This document shows positions 19,227 to 33,232 of a DNA stretch of 64,000 nucleotides, piece by piece. The translations under genes were made by a program, and so were the position numbers. Source of the DNA: Euglena gracilis (Eukaryota); NCBI GenBank assembly GCA_039621445.1, contig CP154954.1, positions 1,798,001 through 1,862,000 on the forward strand. The letters run 5' to 3'. The notes under the pieces are model-generated. The model saw nothing but the letters and a program-made list of their open reading frames with translations. It did no database searches and had not been told where the DNA came from. How positions within the stretch are numbered: the stretch's first letter is position 1; each line of letters opens with the position of its first letter.

Positions 19227-19635
19227 TTACCAACTCGCTTTGGTTACACCTGGAAGTAAACCATAATGAGCCATATCTCGAAGAATATGTCGTGATAATC
19301 CAAAAGTCCTAAAATATCCACGTGATCTCCCTGTTACGTAACAACGATTTCGAAAGAGTTAACAAATAAAAATACTCAAAAAAATAAATATAAAAATTTT
19401 ATAAATTTTTCAAATTATTAACAGCTATAAAATTTGAATGACAAATAGAAAATCAAATTAATCGGCAACGCAAACTATTTCTAGGTAATTTTTGCAAAAA
19501 AGAGTAAATCCGCAATTTTTTCTCAAAAGATTTTTCGTCTTTTCCATTTGTCCTGTATACATAACGGTTATGGGAATGTATTAATACTAATATTATTCGT
19601 TTTCTCTGTCTTGCTATAAGACTTTTTTTTGACAT
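19227..19635 (-). CDS. rps14: 30S ribosomal protein S14, one group III intron
   Basis: [13 protein letters not shown]...LPRNS / [22 protein letters not shown]...LPGVTKASW*. Confidence 0.95.
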
Positions 19636-19674
19636 AAATAAAAAATTTTTAGGTTAAATAATGCTCGAATAAGA

Positions 19675-19758
19675 TGCATTCAGCTGGATTCGAACCAGCG
19701 ACGTCCTTCCGGAGCGAGATTATGAGTCCCGTGCTATCGTCCACTCTGCCATAAATGC
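19675..19758 (-). tRNA. trnI: tRNA with CAU anticodon and long variable arm, probably tRNA-Ile(CAU)
   Basis: GCATTTATGGCAGAGTGG...ACT-CAT-AAT...GGTTCGAATCCAGCTGAATGCA; Ile assignment from its position in the known Euglena operon. Confidence 0.85.
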
Positions 19759-19786
19759 GCCTACAAATTATAGACGCAAAACAAGT

Positions 19787-19900
19787 TTAACCCTGTCGTT
19801 GTTTATGCTTGTTATTTATACAAACAACTAAAAGATTGTTTTTGCGACGAATCAAATAACATTTATTACAAATTTTTTTAACAGAAGAACGTATTTTCAT
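19787..19900 (-). CDS. rpl36: 50S ribosomal protein L36
   Basis: [37 protein letters not shown]. Confidence 0.96.
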   Translation of the reverse strand: MKIRSSVKKICNKCYLIRRKNNLLVVCINNKHKQRQG

Positions 19901-19983
19901 AAAAATTAAGTCTAATTAAACAAAAATTATCAAACAACTTTTTAATAAAAAATAATAAAACAAAAGAGGTAATTTTAGTTTAT

Positions 19984-21106
19984 TTACCAAATATAAAACA
20001 GAATCTCCCCACCAATTTTATTAGATCTAGCCAATCGATCAGTCATTAATCCTTTAGAAGTAGACATGCAAAATTAAATTTTAAAATTTCTTTAAGAACA
20101 ATACAAGTTAATAATCAACATAAGGCTCAAATAAAAATAATAATAATAATACAAAAAATTACGTTAAAAAATATTTCAAAATAATTCACGAATAATAAGA
20201 ATTAAATTTTATGTTTTTCACAAAAACATGCATTAGAATACAAAAATAGAAATTCTTGCTAAATTATAATAAAGGAAATCATTATAAAAAATTTATTATT
20301 GCTTATAATTTTTATCTTATGAAACTCAAAAAACATATCGCACAAACAGTTAAACCAACGCCACCTGCTACTGATTGTAGTCTTTTATAACTACTATAAG
20401 TACGCAAACCAGGTTTGCTTACACGTTTTATTTTAGTTATATAAGAAACTTGTTTTGGACCTTTATATTTTAAAAAGATTGTAATATATTTTTTTATAAC
20501 ACCGTTTTCAGTTAAACACGTAGCGTCAGCCAATTCAAAAGAGTCAATAAATCCTTCTTTTTTTAAAATTTCGGCTATATTTACCGTAAGTTTTGTATTA
20601 ATAACATTAACTTTTCTAGCTTTTATTAAAAGAGAGTTTCTTATTCTTGTAAGCATATCGTATAAGGCTAAATAAAACCTAACAAAAGAATAAAAATATG
20701 TATATATATTAATAAAAATCAAAAATTAATTATACTTCTATAAAAAAAATCACACCTAATTACATTAAATTAAATTATAAATTTTTAAAACAATTTATTA
20801 ACAAACTCTACAGGAAACCATTAATCATAAAGTTTTGAAAATAAAAAATTTAAATATTTCAAGATTTACTAATATTTAACTAATTTAATTATGTAATATT
20901 AATATAGTAATAAAAATAAGTGATCTCCCAACTAATGAATAAATTTTACAAAACAATAATAAACGGTTTGTTAAAGAAAAATACTACTATCAAAATATTT
21001 AATAATGCTCTTATTTACCGAATTTCAACATATATATAGATAATAAATATAAAAAATTATTAATAATATATTATTACACTTAAACTCGCAAATCAATATT
21101 TGTCAT
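19984..21106 (-). CDS. rps8: 30S ribosomal protein S8, several introns
   Basis: DMLTRIRNS...RVSKPGLRTYS...GGVGL / STSKGLMTDRLAR...IGGEILFYIW*. Confidence 0.94.
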
Positions 21107-21190
21107 AAAATTCTAAAAATAAAACAATAAAATTACTATTAATAAAAAATAGATTTTGTACATCTTAACACGTAAAAAAAAGTATAAAAA

Positions 21191-21730
21191 TTAATCTCGG
21201 AACGGGATACCTAATTCTTTTAAAAGAAAGAAAGCTTCTTGATTCGTTTCAGCAGTTGTAACGATTGTTATATTCAAACCTTGTACTTTAATCATTTTAT
21301 CAAAGTTAATTTCAGGGAACATTGATTGTTCACTTAACCCAAAACTAAAGTTACCTGATCCATCAAAACAATTCTTGTTTATTCCTTGAAAATCTCTAAT
21401 TCTAGGTAAAGATAGATTAATTAACCGGTCTAAAAAACTGTACATCTTTTCACTACGCAAAGTCAAAAACATACCAACAGGCATCTTTTCTTTAAGTTTA
21501 AAGTTAGCAATAGCTTTTTTCGCCTTACTTATAATAGGCTTTTGACCAGAAATAATTTCTAATTCATTTAATAAAACTTCCAAAATTTTTGAATTTTGAC
21601 AAGATTCATCAAATCCTCGATTTATAACAATCTTTTTTAATTTAGGAACCCTATAAGAATTAACATAACCAAATTCTTCTTTAAGTTTGGGAATGATAGT
21701 TTCTAAATAAAACGATTTTAATCTTTGCAT
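21191..21730 (-). CDS. rpl5: 50S ribosomal protein L5
   Basis: VPKLKKIVINRG, ISGQKP, LPRIRDFQG, FDGSGNFSFG. Confidence 0.97.
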   Translation of the reverse strand: MQRLKSFYLETIIPKLKEEFGYVNSYRVPKLKKIVINRGFDESCQNSKILEVLLNELEIISGQKPIISKAKKAIANFKLKEKMPVGMFLTLRSEKMYSFLDRLINLSLPRIRDFQGINKNCFDGSGNFSFGLSEQSMFPEINFDKMIKVQGLNITIVTTAETNQEAFFLLKELGIPFRD

Positions 21731-21799
21731 TTTTTTATAAAATCCTTTTTAAATATTACTACTACACTAAATTTTAATAAAAATATTTTGGAACTATAA

Positions 21800-24700
21800 A
21801 TAGGAATGATAAAAGTAAAATTTATAATAAAAAAAAAAAAAAAAAAAAAATTAAGAAAAATAAGATATAAAAAATGAAAAACAACTTATTATGAGATCTT
21901 ATATTAAGCATTGGCGCTAAGGATTTTTTGATTTCTAATTCAAATTTAAAGTTCATTTAAAATTTAAAAAAAAAAAAAAAAATTAGTAAATTTTATTTTT
22001 AAAAGAAACAGCATAATTTTTTTAACTTAGGATTTTTTTTGATAATAATTTGATTTTAGATTAAAATTTTATAATATATAAGAAAACTTTTATTATATAA
22101 ATAAATGAAATTTTTTTAATAAAAAATTTTTTATTTAGGATTTTTTTTTTGATTTTTTTATTTTAGATTTATTTTTCTTATAAAAATTTAGATTTTTTTA
22201 GTGAATTATCTTTTTTAAGTTTTTTTTATATAACTTTCATTTTAATGGAAGATTTTGGAGATTTAAGAATTTTATTAGGATTTTAAAAATTAGAATTTTT
22301 ATTTTTTTTATTTGGATATTTTAATTTTTTTTTATTTATTAAGTAATTTTTTTTTAGTATTTTTAAACAAAAATAATTATTTGAAAAAATTTTTTTTTAG
22401 TAAATAAATTTGATATTTTTAACAATGAATTTTTTAGTTACATTTTTGTTTTTTTTTTTTATTTTTTATTATTTTTTATTTTTAGTGTTTTATTTTTAGA
22501 ATGTACAATTTTTATAAAGGAAGATAAGTTTTTTTTAAACAATTTTTTATTTTATTATATTGAAAATATAATATTGACTTTATTTATAAATTAAAATTTT
22601 AATTTTTTTATTTTGTTTTTTTTTTCTTTTTTCACTTCATTTTCATTATTTAATTACGAACATTTTTATTTATAAAACGTTATTTTTAATTTTTATTAAA
22701 CGATTTTTTTAATTTTATTTAAATTTTTAACGAAAGCTTTTATTTAATTTAAAATTATTTTCTTGTATTTTTATTGGATTTAAAATAAAATTAGATTAAT
22801 TTCTTTTAATGTATTATTTTAAATTTTTTTTATTATTTTTATTTTTATTCTATTTTAATAATTTTAAAGTATCTTTTTTTAAGACATTTACGTTTATACT
22901 TTCCTTATTTTATTTAATATTTTTTTTATTTTTTATTTATCTTTTTATTAGTTATTTTTTTTTTTTGTTTCATATTATTTTTTTTTTTTTTTATCGGACA
23001 AGTTTTTTATTTGTTATCGTTTGTTTTTTTTCTTTTTTAATTTTCTTTTCATTTTTATTAACTTTTTTATATTCTATGTATTTTTTTTTATTTTTTTATT
23101 ACAAATTGCTTAATTTTTTTTCTTTTTTTTTTTTTTTTAAAAATATTTAATTACAAAAAAACATAACGATTTTTATTTTTAAAATAGAAAAAGTTTTTTT
23201 TTACAAATCTAAAAAGATTCAAAAATAAATATTTTATAATTTACTTTTTCTATCTTTGTTTTCTTTTCACTTCTTTTTTGTTCTTTTTCTTTTTTTTTTT
23301 TTTTTAAACAAAAAAAATAAATAAAAAAACCTCGTATTAATATTCTCATTTTCTTTCCATTTTACTTTACATTATATTTTTTTTAAATTTAAAAAAAAAA
23401 TACAAAAAAGAAAACAATAAAAAATAAAAAAATCATAAAAAAACAATAAAGTAAAAAATATTTTTTTTAAACATAAAAAAAATACACTAAAAAAATATGC
23501 CTAAATTAAATCTAATAATAATAAAAATTTTTATTTTCTTTTATTATAAAATTTTTATTCTTAATTATTTAATATTATTAAATATTTTTTAATATATTCA
23601 ATTCGAAAAAAATAAAATAAAATAAAAAATTATAAATTTTTTTAATTTTTATTTTTTTAAATTTATTATTCTTAATGGACAAGAATTTTTTTTTTGCGGT
23701 TTTTTGATTTTTCTTTATTGTCTTTTTTTTTTTTTAAGGGTTTATTCATTGTTTTTTTACTTTTTTTTTTTTTTTTTCTTTTTTTTTTTTTTTTATTTAT
23801 GCTCGATTTTAGCTTTTAGATATGAGATTTCTAATTTAGATATGTCATTTTTTTATGTATTGATTTGATTTTTTTATTAACATTATTAATTTTTTATATA
23901 TTTTTTATATTTTCTAATTATTTTTTAATTTTTACAAATACTCTCCACCACAAAAAAGCCAATCCCTCTTTTAGAAACATGCAAAAAATTTTCTTAACAT
24001 CAAAAAAATAAAAAAAAACAAAAAATAAAAAAAAATAAAAACAAATATTTATTTTTATTATATATTTTTTAAGGATTTTTTTTATTATTTTATGTTTTTA
24101 TTTAGAATAAAAGTTATTATTGCTATTTTATTTATTTTTTATTTTTTTTTTTTATTATTCTTAATTATTTGTATTATTAAAATTTAATTAAAATTTTTTT
24201 TTTTTTAGTTATATATTTTTTTTTTATTTTATTTTTTTTAGTTTTGTTTATTTTTCTATTTCTTTAAATTTTTTTTTCTTTTTTTTTGTATTTAATATTT
24301 TTTATTTTTATTTAGTATTTTTCTTTTTCATTATATTTATTATACGTATTTTATTAGATTTATATTTTTTATTTTTATTAGGTTTTTTATTTTCTTTTTA
24401 TTTATTTAGATAGTTTATTTTTTATTATTTTTTTAGATTTGTATATTTTAGTAATTTTATTATACATTGAACTTTTTTATTTATTTATTAATTTTTTAAT
24501 TTTATATTATTAATAGGGATTTTGAATTTTTTAATATAATTTTTAATTAAATTATTTGTATTATTACAAGTATGTATATTTTCTATTAGAATGTTTTTAT
24601 ATTATTTATTTTAGTTATTATAATATTGGATTGTTATTTTTCTTATTTATTTAAGTTTTTACTGATATTTATGATTTTATTTTTTTCTTCTAATTTATTT

Positions 24701-24880
24701 TATTTTGTCATTTTTTTTTATTCCTTTTTTCTTTGTTAGTTTCTTTTTTCTTACTTTTCTTTTTTTTTTTTTTTTCCTTTTTTTTTGACATTTTTTTTTT
24801 TCTTTTTTTTTAAAAAAAATTAAAACAAATACCAAAAAAATAAAAATAAAAAAAAACATCAATAAAAAAATAACATATAT
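21800..24880. other. Extremely A/T- and homopolymer-rich low-complexity insert between rpl5 and rpl14; probable unpolished or fold-back read artefact
   Basis: Long poly-T and poly-A runs, no credible ORF, degraded echoes of the adjacent rpl14/rpl16 sequence. Confidence 0.6.
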
Positions 24881-24943
24881 TTATTTTTTTATACAAAATA
24901 TACACTTTCTTATAGATATACTTTCCTTATTTTCTTTATTGTA

Positions 24944-25417
24944 TCACACAACCTCTGGCGCTAAGGACATTATTTTTACGAATTCCTTTTCTCGCAATTC
25001 GCGAGCAATGGGGCCGAAAATTCTTGTACCTTTAGGTGAACGATCATTATTAATTATGACAGCAGCATTTTCGTCAAAACGAATTGCCATTCCACTTTCT
25101 CTACGTACTCCTTTAACAGTTCTAACAATAACAGCTTTAACAATATCTGATTTTTTAACAACCATGTTAGGAATAGCTTCTTTAAAATAGATAAAATCTT
25201 TATAAATTTATAAACAATATCAATATAAAAGAATAATAAAATAATAAAAACATAAAAAGATATATAAATTATTAACTCTAATACACAATTTTACAACCGC
25301 TATTATTATATCACCAATATTCGCATACTGACAATTTGGTCCTAATATACGAATACACATAATTTTTTGTGCTCCAGTATTATCCGCAATTTTCAAATAT
25401 GTTTGTGGTTTAATCAT
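24944..25417 (-). CDS. rpl14: 50S ribosomal protein L14, one group III intron (~25184-25289)
   Basis: [22 protein letters not shown]... / ...[11 protein letters not shown]...[13 protein letters not shown]...SLAPEVV*. Confidence 0.97.
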
Positions 25418-25512
25418 CTAAACTAAAAAATAAATTATAAAGAACGAAGAACTACCAAAATAAGAATTTTACCAAAAATATTATTAACAAAAACAATTAG
25501 CATTAAACAGTT

Positions 25513-26575
25513 TTAAATTTTAACAATAACACGAGTTTTAATAGGCATTTTATATCCTGCTATTTTTAAAGAATACTTTGCAATGGATTCTGAAATACCC
25601 AATACTTCGTAAAGAATTTTTCCAGGTTTTACAATTGCAACCCAATATTCTACATTTCCTTTCCCTGAACCCATGCGAGTTTCGGCTGCTCGAAATGTTA
25701 CAGGCTTATCGGGAAAAATTCTTATCCAAAGTTTGCCCCCACGTTTTGCATATCTTGTAATAACTCTACGAATTAAATAAAAAAATTTTTTTTTAGAAAA
25801 GAAAACAGTAAAAATTTATTTAAAATAAAACAATTAAGAAAAATCATCTTATAAGTAAATAAGTTAAAAAACCTTTTTTATCGAAAACCAAAAAAGTTTA
25901 TAAACAATAAAAATTTATTAAATAACTTTGAAAGCAAAAAATCTATATAAATTTATTAGAAATCACAAAAAACCACAAAGCAGCTTCAATTTGACGTGAA
26001 GTTATCCAACCAGGCTCTAATGATTGTAAAACAAGTACAATATGCCTTAAAAAATCCAAACAAGCAAAATGTAATGCATTTGGCTTTTAATTAATAAATT
26101 TAAAAAAAGTAAAATAAGTACAAAATCAAATTGTATATCATAATATAAAATAAAAAATTTTAATAATAATCTACTTAATTTTAGTAAAGATTAAATGTAT
26201 TTTTTATTATTTTAATTTTTATTAGCTCAAAAAAATATTTAATACTTAAAATTTAAAATTATTAAACATTTATTACGTTAAGAATAAAATGCTATTAAAG
26301 ATATTTAATTACAATAATTTAAAACTTAAACAAAAAATAATTAAATTTACTCATAATTAATTTTTTAAATTATTTAGATCGCACAAGCATAATTACCAAA
26401 AACAACTTTATCAATTAAATAAAAAAATTCACTTAAATCAAATCGAATAAAATAACTATCGTGGTAAAACGCAATAAAAATTTTATTTTTTACATAAAAA
26501 AAGTCTCATATAGATTTTACCTGTTAATCTACCTCTATGATATTTACGAAACTTCGTTCGCTTAGGACTTAACAT
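25513..26575 (-). CDS. rpl16: 50S ribosomal protein L16, three introns (third ~208 nt)
   Basis: [44 protein letters not shown]...RMGSGKG. Confidence 0.95.
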
Positions 26576-26631
26576 ATAAGACTATAAAAACAACGAAAAT
26601 AAAAGATAATAAATTTCTAAATTAGGTAAAT

Positions 26632-29405
26632 TCATTGCAACTGATTAAAATTATTACAATAAAAATAAATTAAAATCAAATTTTCAAAGAAACTAAAGTT
26701 CCACTTTTTTATGTTCAAAATTACAAAACGATTCGAATAAATCGATTTTTTACAAAAGAAACATAGTCCCCTCTGATTATTATATAAGACAATAAAATTA
26801 GGTGAAAATTTATATTTGAACTTTTCAAATATCATACGTTCTAATTTTCCTTTATTATATAAGTTGAATATATTTAAAGTATTAGATATTTTAAATTTCA
26901 TATTTCTATAACTATAAAAATATTTCGAAGAATACAAATGAGACTTTAAAAATAAAAAATTTCCTGTTTTTATATCAGTAATGAAAAATCTCCAAATTCC
27001 TGAAAAAAATTTCCAATATTTAGAGTAAATCCAAGTTCTAGTTTTTCTAGAATGAAGTTTTTTTATATATCTCCACAATAATCGGTAAAGATAAAGATCT
27101 AATTCTAAAAATAAAAAATTATTATAAAAACAAAAAAAACCTCTGTTTAAACAATCTAAAATTTTTTTATTCAATAAATTTACTAAAAAAAATACACTTT
27201 TTTTTAAAAACATTTTTACAATCATTTTTAAACTTAGTTTATAAAATTGTATATGTTTTTTATTAATATGCAATAAAATATTTGAACCAAATCTTAAAAA
27301 ATCGAAAATAAAAAAATTAAATACAAACGTCTCAAATCTATAAAAAGAATTAATATTAATATTCAAAATAATCCCTCGAAGACTAAAAAAAGATATAATA
27401 ATTTTTTTACAAATAAAAAAATCATAAGGAAACTTAAAAAAAAAATAAAATTTATCTATATAAAACAAATAATAAACTTTATAACTAATAAAAAAATTTT
27501 TAAATAGACTTTTAACAAGTTTTTTAACAAACCTAATCATACAAATCAAATTGTAATAGGCTTTTTATCTGAAACAATAAGTTCAAGATATAAAAATTTC
27601 ATTTTTAGAAACATAATTTCAAATGGAAAAATTACAATAAAAATTGCGTAGAATAATCCTAAACGTCTAATTTTGATTAAATCAATAGAATTAACTTTTA
27701 TTGTTTTTTTAGTTAAAATTTTTAATAGAACTTATTTTTAAATGAATAAATTTTAAACTTTTAAATTCAGATTTTTCAATTAAACTCAGAACAAAAATTT
27801 CTGAAAATTTTTCCAAATTATTTCTTATGTAATTTTTATTTTGAATAATTGAAAATAATTTATAAAAAAGAACCTATGAAAGAAACGAAAATATTAAGTT
27901 TTTAAATAAAACTTTTAAAAAGCAAACAATACGCACTTCTTGAAAAAAAAAATTAAAAAACTAAATATAAATATATTTGTATATAAACCATGCGTAAAAA
28001 TTACATAGCTTTAAAAAAAAGCTACAAAATCAATTTTAGAATACAGCATTATAGTTCACTACAAAAACGAAAAAAGGTGATTACGTAATTACTTATTAAC
28101 AAAAATATTCTTTTTTTATTATACAAATCTTGAAGAAATTGATAATTCATTAAAAAATTAATGATTTAATAATACAAAAATTTAATACCTGCAAAAAAAT
28201 TCTATTTCTAATGAATAACTTTATTAAAAATACAAGTTTAAGAATTCTCAAAAAACACATTAAATAGTAATTCGCAACAATCCATTAAATATAAAATTAA
28301 AAATTATTAAAAAAAGTGACTTAAAAAAAACCAAATTTTTACGGTCTAAAAAATTTTTTTTTTTTTTTACATCCAAAGGAAAATTTTTATAAATCCAAGA
28401 AAAACGAGCAAAATATAAAAACTTAAAATTTTCGACCTTAAAATAATAAGAGTACTTAAAAACATCTATTAAAATTTGTTCAAAATCAAAAAAGTTGCCT
28501 TCAACAAAAAAATAATAATCTTTTATAAAACAAGGATTAATATCATTAATATAAGGTAAAAGAGTACTTGTTAACAAAAGACTAAAAGATAATTTATATA
28601 GAAGAAAAAAATCATAAGAATAAAACAAAAACGCGTTTTTAATGTTATAAAAAAAACCATGGAGAAATAAATTTCTTTTCGAAGATAAAAGTGATACTAG
28701 AAAAAATTTATCCTTAGAAGAATAAAAATACGATTGTAAAGAAGGAAATTTTTCAAAGCAATTACGAACAGAAAAAATATGAGCATAAAAACTTTTAAAA
28801 AAACGCCGTTGTTTGTTTTTAACCAAAAATATATCTGATTTTTTAGATGCTAAATAAATTTTATGTTGTGTTAAGGAAACAGTATTATCAAAAAAAGTGC
28901 TGTTTTAAAACCTCATAAAAATAATCAAATAAGTATAAATAATAAAAATAAAATAAAATTTTTACAAAAAATGATGCAAATTCGTAAACTAATGAACTAA
29001 AACTTTTAATTAAAAATTTGTTCACAAACTGTAAAAAATATTTTCATATAGTACAGCTTTTCAATAAATGAATATAAAATATACATGTTTCGTTCAGGTA
29101 TTACTAATAATACTAATAATGCATGCTTTTATTAGAATATAAATGATTTATTAATAACAATTTCAGTTAATACTGTATATTATTGTTATTTTAACAAGTA
29201 AAAATAAATAAAAATTCCAAAATTTAGAAAAAAGTTAAATTTTATAAAATTAAATTTGATCTTTAAAATATTGAAGGATTATAAAGAAGGAATTTTTCAT
29301 AAAAAATATTTTAAAATAATACAAAATTAATGACGCAAAAAATTCCATTTAATAAAGTTCCAATTAAATCTATAAAAAAAAGAAAACAAAATGTTTTACA
29401 ATATA
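26632..29405 (-). CDS. roaA: roaA, a degenerate group II intron maturase-like gene, split by introns; boundaries approximate
   Basis: Lies between rps3 and rpl16. Maturase-like motifs FDFLRF, LDLYLYRLLWRYIKKLHSRKTRTWIYSKYW and LYNNQRGLCFFC; N-terminal WNFIKW. Confidence 0.8.
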
Positions 29406-29450
29406 GCGAAAAATAAAAATAATAAAAAAAAAAAAAAAAATTAAAAGACG

Positions 29451-30618
29451 CTAAACTTTATATACCCAAACCTTTATCCCTAAAACTCCATAAATCGTAT
29501 TATAAAATTAATAAAATTTATTTAAAATAAAACAAAAAATAAAAATAAAGAAAAATTTATAAAATTATACTAAATTTTATAAAAATAAAAGAAATATCTT
29601 ATGAGCTATATCATTAAAATAATCTATATCTGCCCTCAAAGTATGAAGAGGAACTCTTCCTTCCCTAAACCATTCCGTCCTAGCAATTTCTATACCATTT
29701 AAACGTCCAGAAACTTGAACCTTTATACCCTCTGCTCCTGCCTTCATTGCTTGCAACATTACAGTTTTCATAGCCCTTATAAAAGGTGTTCGTTTTTCTA
29801 ATTCTCGACGAACTGAGTCGGCAAGAAGTCTGGCATCTAAATTAGGAGAGGTCACTCCTACAACCTTACAAGTAATAATACGAGGAGTCTTACCCAACAG
29901 ATAATTCATCCTATCAATCAATATATCCCTAATACGAGATAATCCCTGGCCATCTCTTCCTATTACACGTTCTGGTCTGGCAACATGAATATAGACTATT
30001 GTGTTATTTCTTTGTTCACTAAATTCATATATTCTTTCTATCTTTATCAACGAAATTAAAGTCTCTAAAAGCTCTTTATTCATAAAATTACGGATAACGA
30101 TGTCTTCTTTTACAAAACTAGCGTAATGCCTCCTTTCCACATACCAAAATGAACTATGCGACTAAGAAAATAGAAAACTCTTTTTAAAGTTAAAAATAAA
30201 ATACTTTCAAAACAAAACAAGCTTATTAAAAGCATATAGCTAAAATAAAAACTCGGGTATAAAATCTCTAATTCTAATAAAATATAAATCAAATTATCCT
30301 CAAAATAAGAATAAAAACTTTTTCTACAAAAAAAATAAATAAGGAAAAATAAACATTAAAAACAACACTTAATAGAAAAATATAAAAAATCGACCTCAAA
30401 ATAATATTTAACGAATTGAAGCTATCTTATAAATTTTAAAGTAAATAAGACCAAAAAATTATAAAAATTAACTTTAGAACTTTAGTATCGCACTATAAAT
30501 ATTTTAGATAAAACACAAGTTAATAATAGAATAAAATATTTATTACGAAATAAATAATATTTTGTATCTCAATAGTAATACCTAGCCTAAACCCTAAAGG
30601 GTGAACTTTTTGACCCAT
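29451..30618 (-). CDS. rps3: 30S ribosomal protein S3, two introns (first ~409 nt)
   Basis: MGQKVHPLGFRLGIT / ...GIKVQVSGRLNGIEIARTEWFREGRVPLHTLRADIDY / TIYGVLGIKVWVYKV*. Confidence 0.96.
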
Positions 30619-30892
30619 AAAAAAAAAAACAACTAATGCTAAAATCTTAATTGAAAATAATATAAAAATAAATTATGAATAATAAATAAATATTAGTTAA
30701 ATTTAAAAAAGATTATTGTTTTGATTATTTATTAATAGAGATTTAATCTTTTTTCTATAAATTTAATCTTTCAAATTTTTTCAAAACAAAATGACCAGTT
30801 AATGTAAAAAATAAGTTTTTTCTGATTAATGAGGTTCCAACACTTAATAAAATAAATTACAAAAACAAAATGCAATAAGTTAACAAAAATTT

Positions 30893-31590
30893 TTATAAAA
30901 TGGATAATTTTAATTGAATAGAAATTATAATCCTTCTAAAATCTGTACAAGCGTTTACAACATACAGCTTCATTAATACAAATATACATTTAAAATACCT
31001 ATAAAACTATAAAAATTTTTGATAGTATTTCCAATCGCTTTTTAAACAAAAAAATGAATAAAATAAATCTGTTTTGAAATGAAAAATAAATTAAAATTTT
31101 TAAACCATAAACCAAATTCAACAAATAATAAAAACAAATAAACTTAAAATTCATCAAAAATAAAAAGTTATTTATCTTTTATTTAGAAAAACAAACTCAC
31201 TAAAACAACAATTAGAGTTGCAAAAGAAAACTACGAAATAATTCAAATTCAGACAATAATAGTTATATGACATGTTCGTTTTTTAATAGGAAAACCCCTA
31301 CCTTGTGCATGTGGACATAAACGTTTCAAGATAGGTCCAGCATCTGCTCTAGCTTCGAGAACACGCAAAACATTTGCATCTTCATCGTAATTTTTTATTG
31401 AATTAGAAACGGCGCTTTTAAGAAGCTTAAAAATAAGAGTACTAGGTTTATAAGGCATAAATTTTAAAATCATTAAAGCCTCTTTTGCAGAACGACCTTT
31501 AATTTGATTTAAAATTCTCCTAACTTTAAAAGGAGAAATTCTAACGTACTTTATTGAAGCTGAAGATTCTAAAGGTTTTTTTTGTTCCAT
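30893..31590 (-). CDS. rpl22: 50S ribosomal protein L22; a short terminal exon after a group II intron is inferred
   Basis: KYVRISPFKVRRILNQIKG...GPILKR..PHAQGRGFPIKKRTCHITII; domain V-like stem at ~30940-30975; 3' end less certain. Confidence 0.9.
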
Positions 31591-31700
31591 CAGTAAAAAA
31601 TAACATAAAATTATATAAAAACTGTATAAAAAGTATCCATACTAATATTTAAAAAGTTCTTAATACATGCAAAAATTACATAACATATAAAATAATTCTA

Positions 31701-32185
31701 CTATCTCTTAGTCTTAGTTTTTTTATCATGCTTTTTATGACCACGATAATTTCTAGTTTGCACAAATTCACCTAATTTTATAAGGTTTAATAAATCCATT
31801 TTATTAATAAAAAACCCACAATAATATAAGAAAATAAACTTTAAATTTTTTATTACAAAAATTATAAAATCAAAAGTGACCTATCATTTGATCGGAAACT
31901 AAAACGGGTATATGCTCCTTTCCATTATAAACGCCTATTGTATTTCCAATCATAATTGGAATAATAGTACAGGAACGGGACCAAGTTAATATTACAGATT
32001 TAAAAAAGATCTAAAGTTTTCATATAAAAAAAAAAAAATAAATAAATTAGTATTATATATGATTCTAAAATAAAAATTAATTAAAAACATAAGGTCAAAT
32101 CTCAAAAACGATTCGAATTCATTTGGTCAACTTTTTTTATTAATGAATAAAAAACAAAAGGACCTTTTTTTAAAGAACGAGACAT
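31701..32185 (-). CDS. rps19: 30S ribosomal protein S19, two group III introns
   Basis: [11 protein letters not shown] / [30 protein letters not shown] / KLGEF..TR. Confidence 0.95.
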
Positions 32186-32244
32186 AAATAAAAAATAAAC
32201 AAAATAAAAAATAAACAAAATAATAACAAGGAAAATAGTAGATA

Positions 32245-33078
32245 TTAAACCATTTTTCTAGAGCGAATTATATATTTATTACTAAATCGTTTAGGTGATC
32301 TTGTCTTTTTACCTAATGCTGGTTTACCCCAAGGCGTAACAGGCTTTGGTCTACCTATAGGACTTCTGCCTTCGCCTCCTCCATGAGGGTGATCGCAAGG
32401 ATTCATAGCTACACCACGAACTGTTGGTTTGTTTCCTAACCAGCGATTTCTTCCAGCTTTTCCTAAAACGACATTAGAATGATCAAGATTTCCAACTTGA
32501 CCAATAGTAGCCCAACAATAACGTCGTAATAAACGAACTTCTCCCGAAGGCATTGTTATAGTAACAAATTTTCCTTCATTGGCCAATATTTGTACAAAAG
32601 TTCCAGCAGCCCTTGCAATTTGACCACCTTTTCCAGGCTCAAACTCTACGTTATGAATAATAGTACCTAATGGTATTTTGCTTATGGGTAAAGAATTTCC
32701 TATTTTAATAGGAGAAAAAAAATCAGAAATAATATTATTACCAACGCACAAATCTTTTGGATGAATAATATAAGACTTATCACCATTTTTATAATAAATT
32801 AAAGCAATTCGAGCATTCCTATTAGGATCGTATTCAATAGAAATAACTTTTCCTAAAATACCTAGCTTATTACGTTTAAACTCTATTCTGCGATACAAGC
32901 GTTTGTGACCACCACCTAAAGTTCGGCAAGTAATCACACCACGGGAATTCCGTCCTTTTGACCTATGAACAAAAAATGTTAAATATTTTTCAGGATTAGA
33001 TTTTGTAATTTCTGAAAAATTACTAACAGAACGTTTACGAGTCCCTGATGTATATGGTTTGTAATAACGAATAATCAT
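32245..33078 (-). CDS. rpl2: 50S ribosomal protein L2
   Basis: [31 protein letters not shown]. Confidence 0.98.
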   Translation of the reverse strand: MIIRYYKPYTSGTRKRSVSNFSEITKSNPEKYLTFFVHRSKGRNSRGVITCRTLGGGHKRLYRRIEFKRNKLGILGKVISIEYDPNRNARIALIYYKNGDKSYIIHPKDLCVGNNIISDFFSPIKIGNSLPISKIPLGTIIHNVEFEPGKGGQIARAAGTFVQILANEGKFVTITMPSGEVRLLRRYCWATIGQVGNLDHSNVVLGKAGRNRWLGNKPTVRGVAMNPCDHPHGGGEGRSPIGRPKPVTPWGKPALGKKTRSPKRFSNKYIIRSRKMV

Positions 33079-33232
33079 ATTAAAAAATTAGTAAACTATT
33101 AAAGTATATACTAAATACATCGAAAAAATTAAAATAAAAAAATTTTAGGTTAAAAATAAAAAACTAAATTATTTTTAAACAAATAAAGTAAAACTCACCT
33201 ATAAATGCCACTACTAAAACAATAAAAATTAA

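Noticed and set aside
22809-23150. 113-aa Phe-rich membrane-like ORF
   Set aside because: Product of poly-T low-complexity sequence in the probable artefact region
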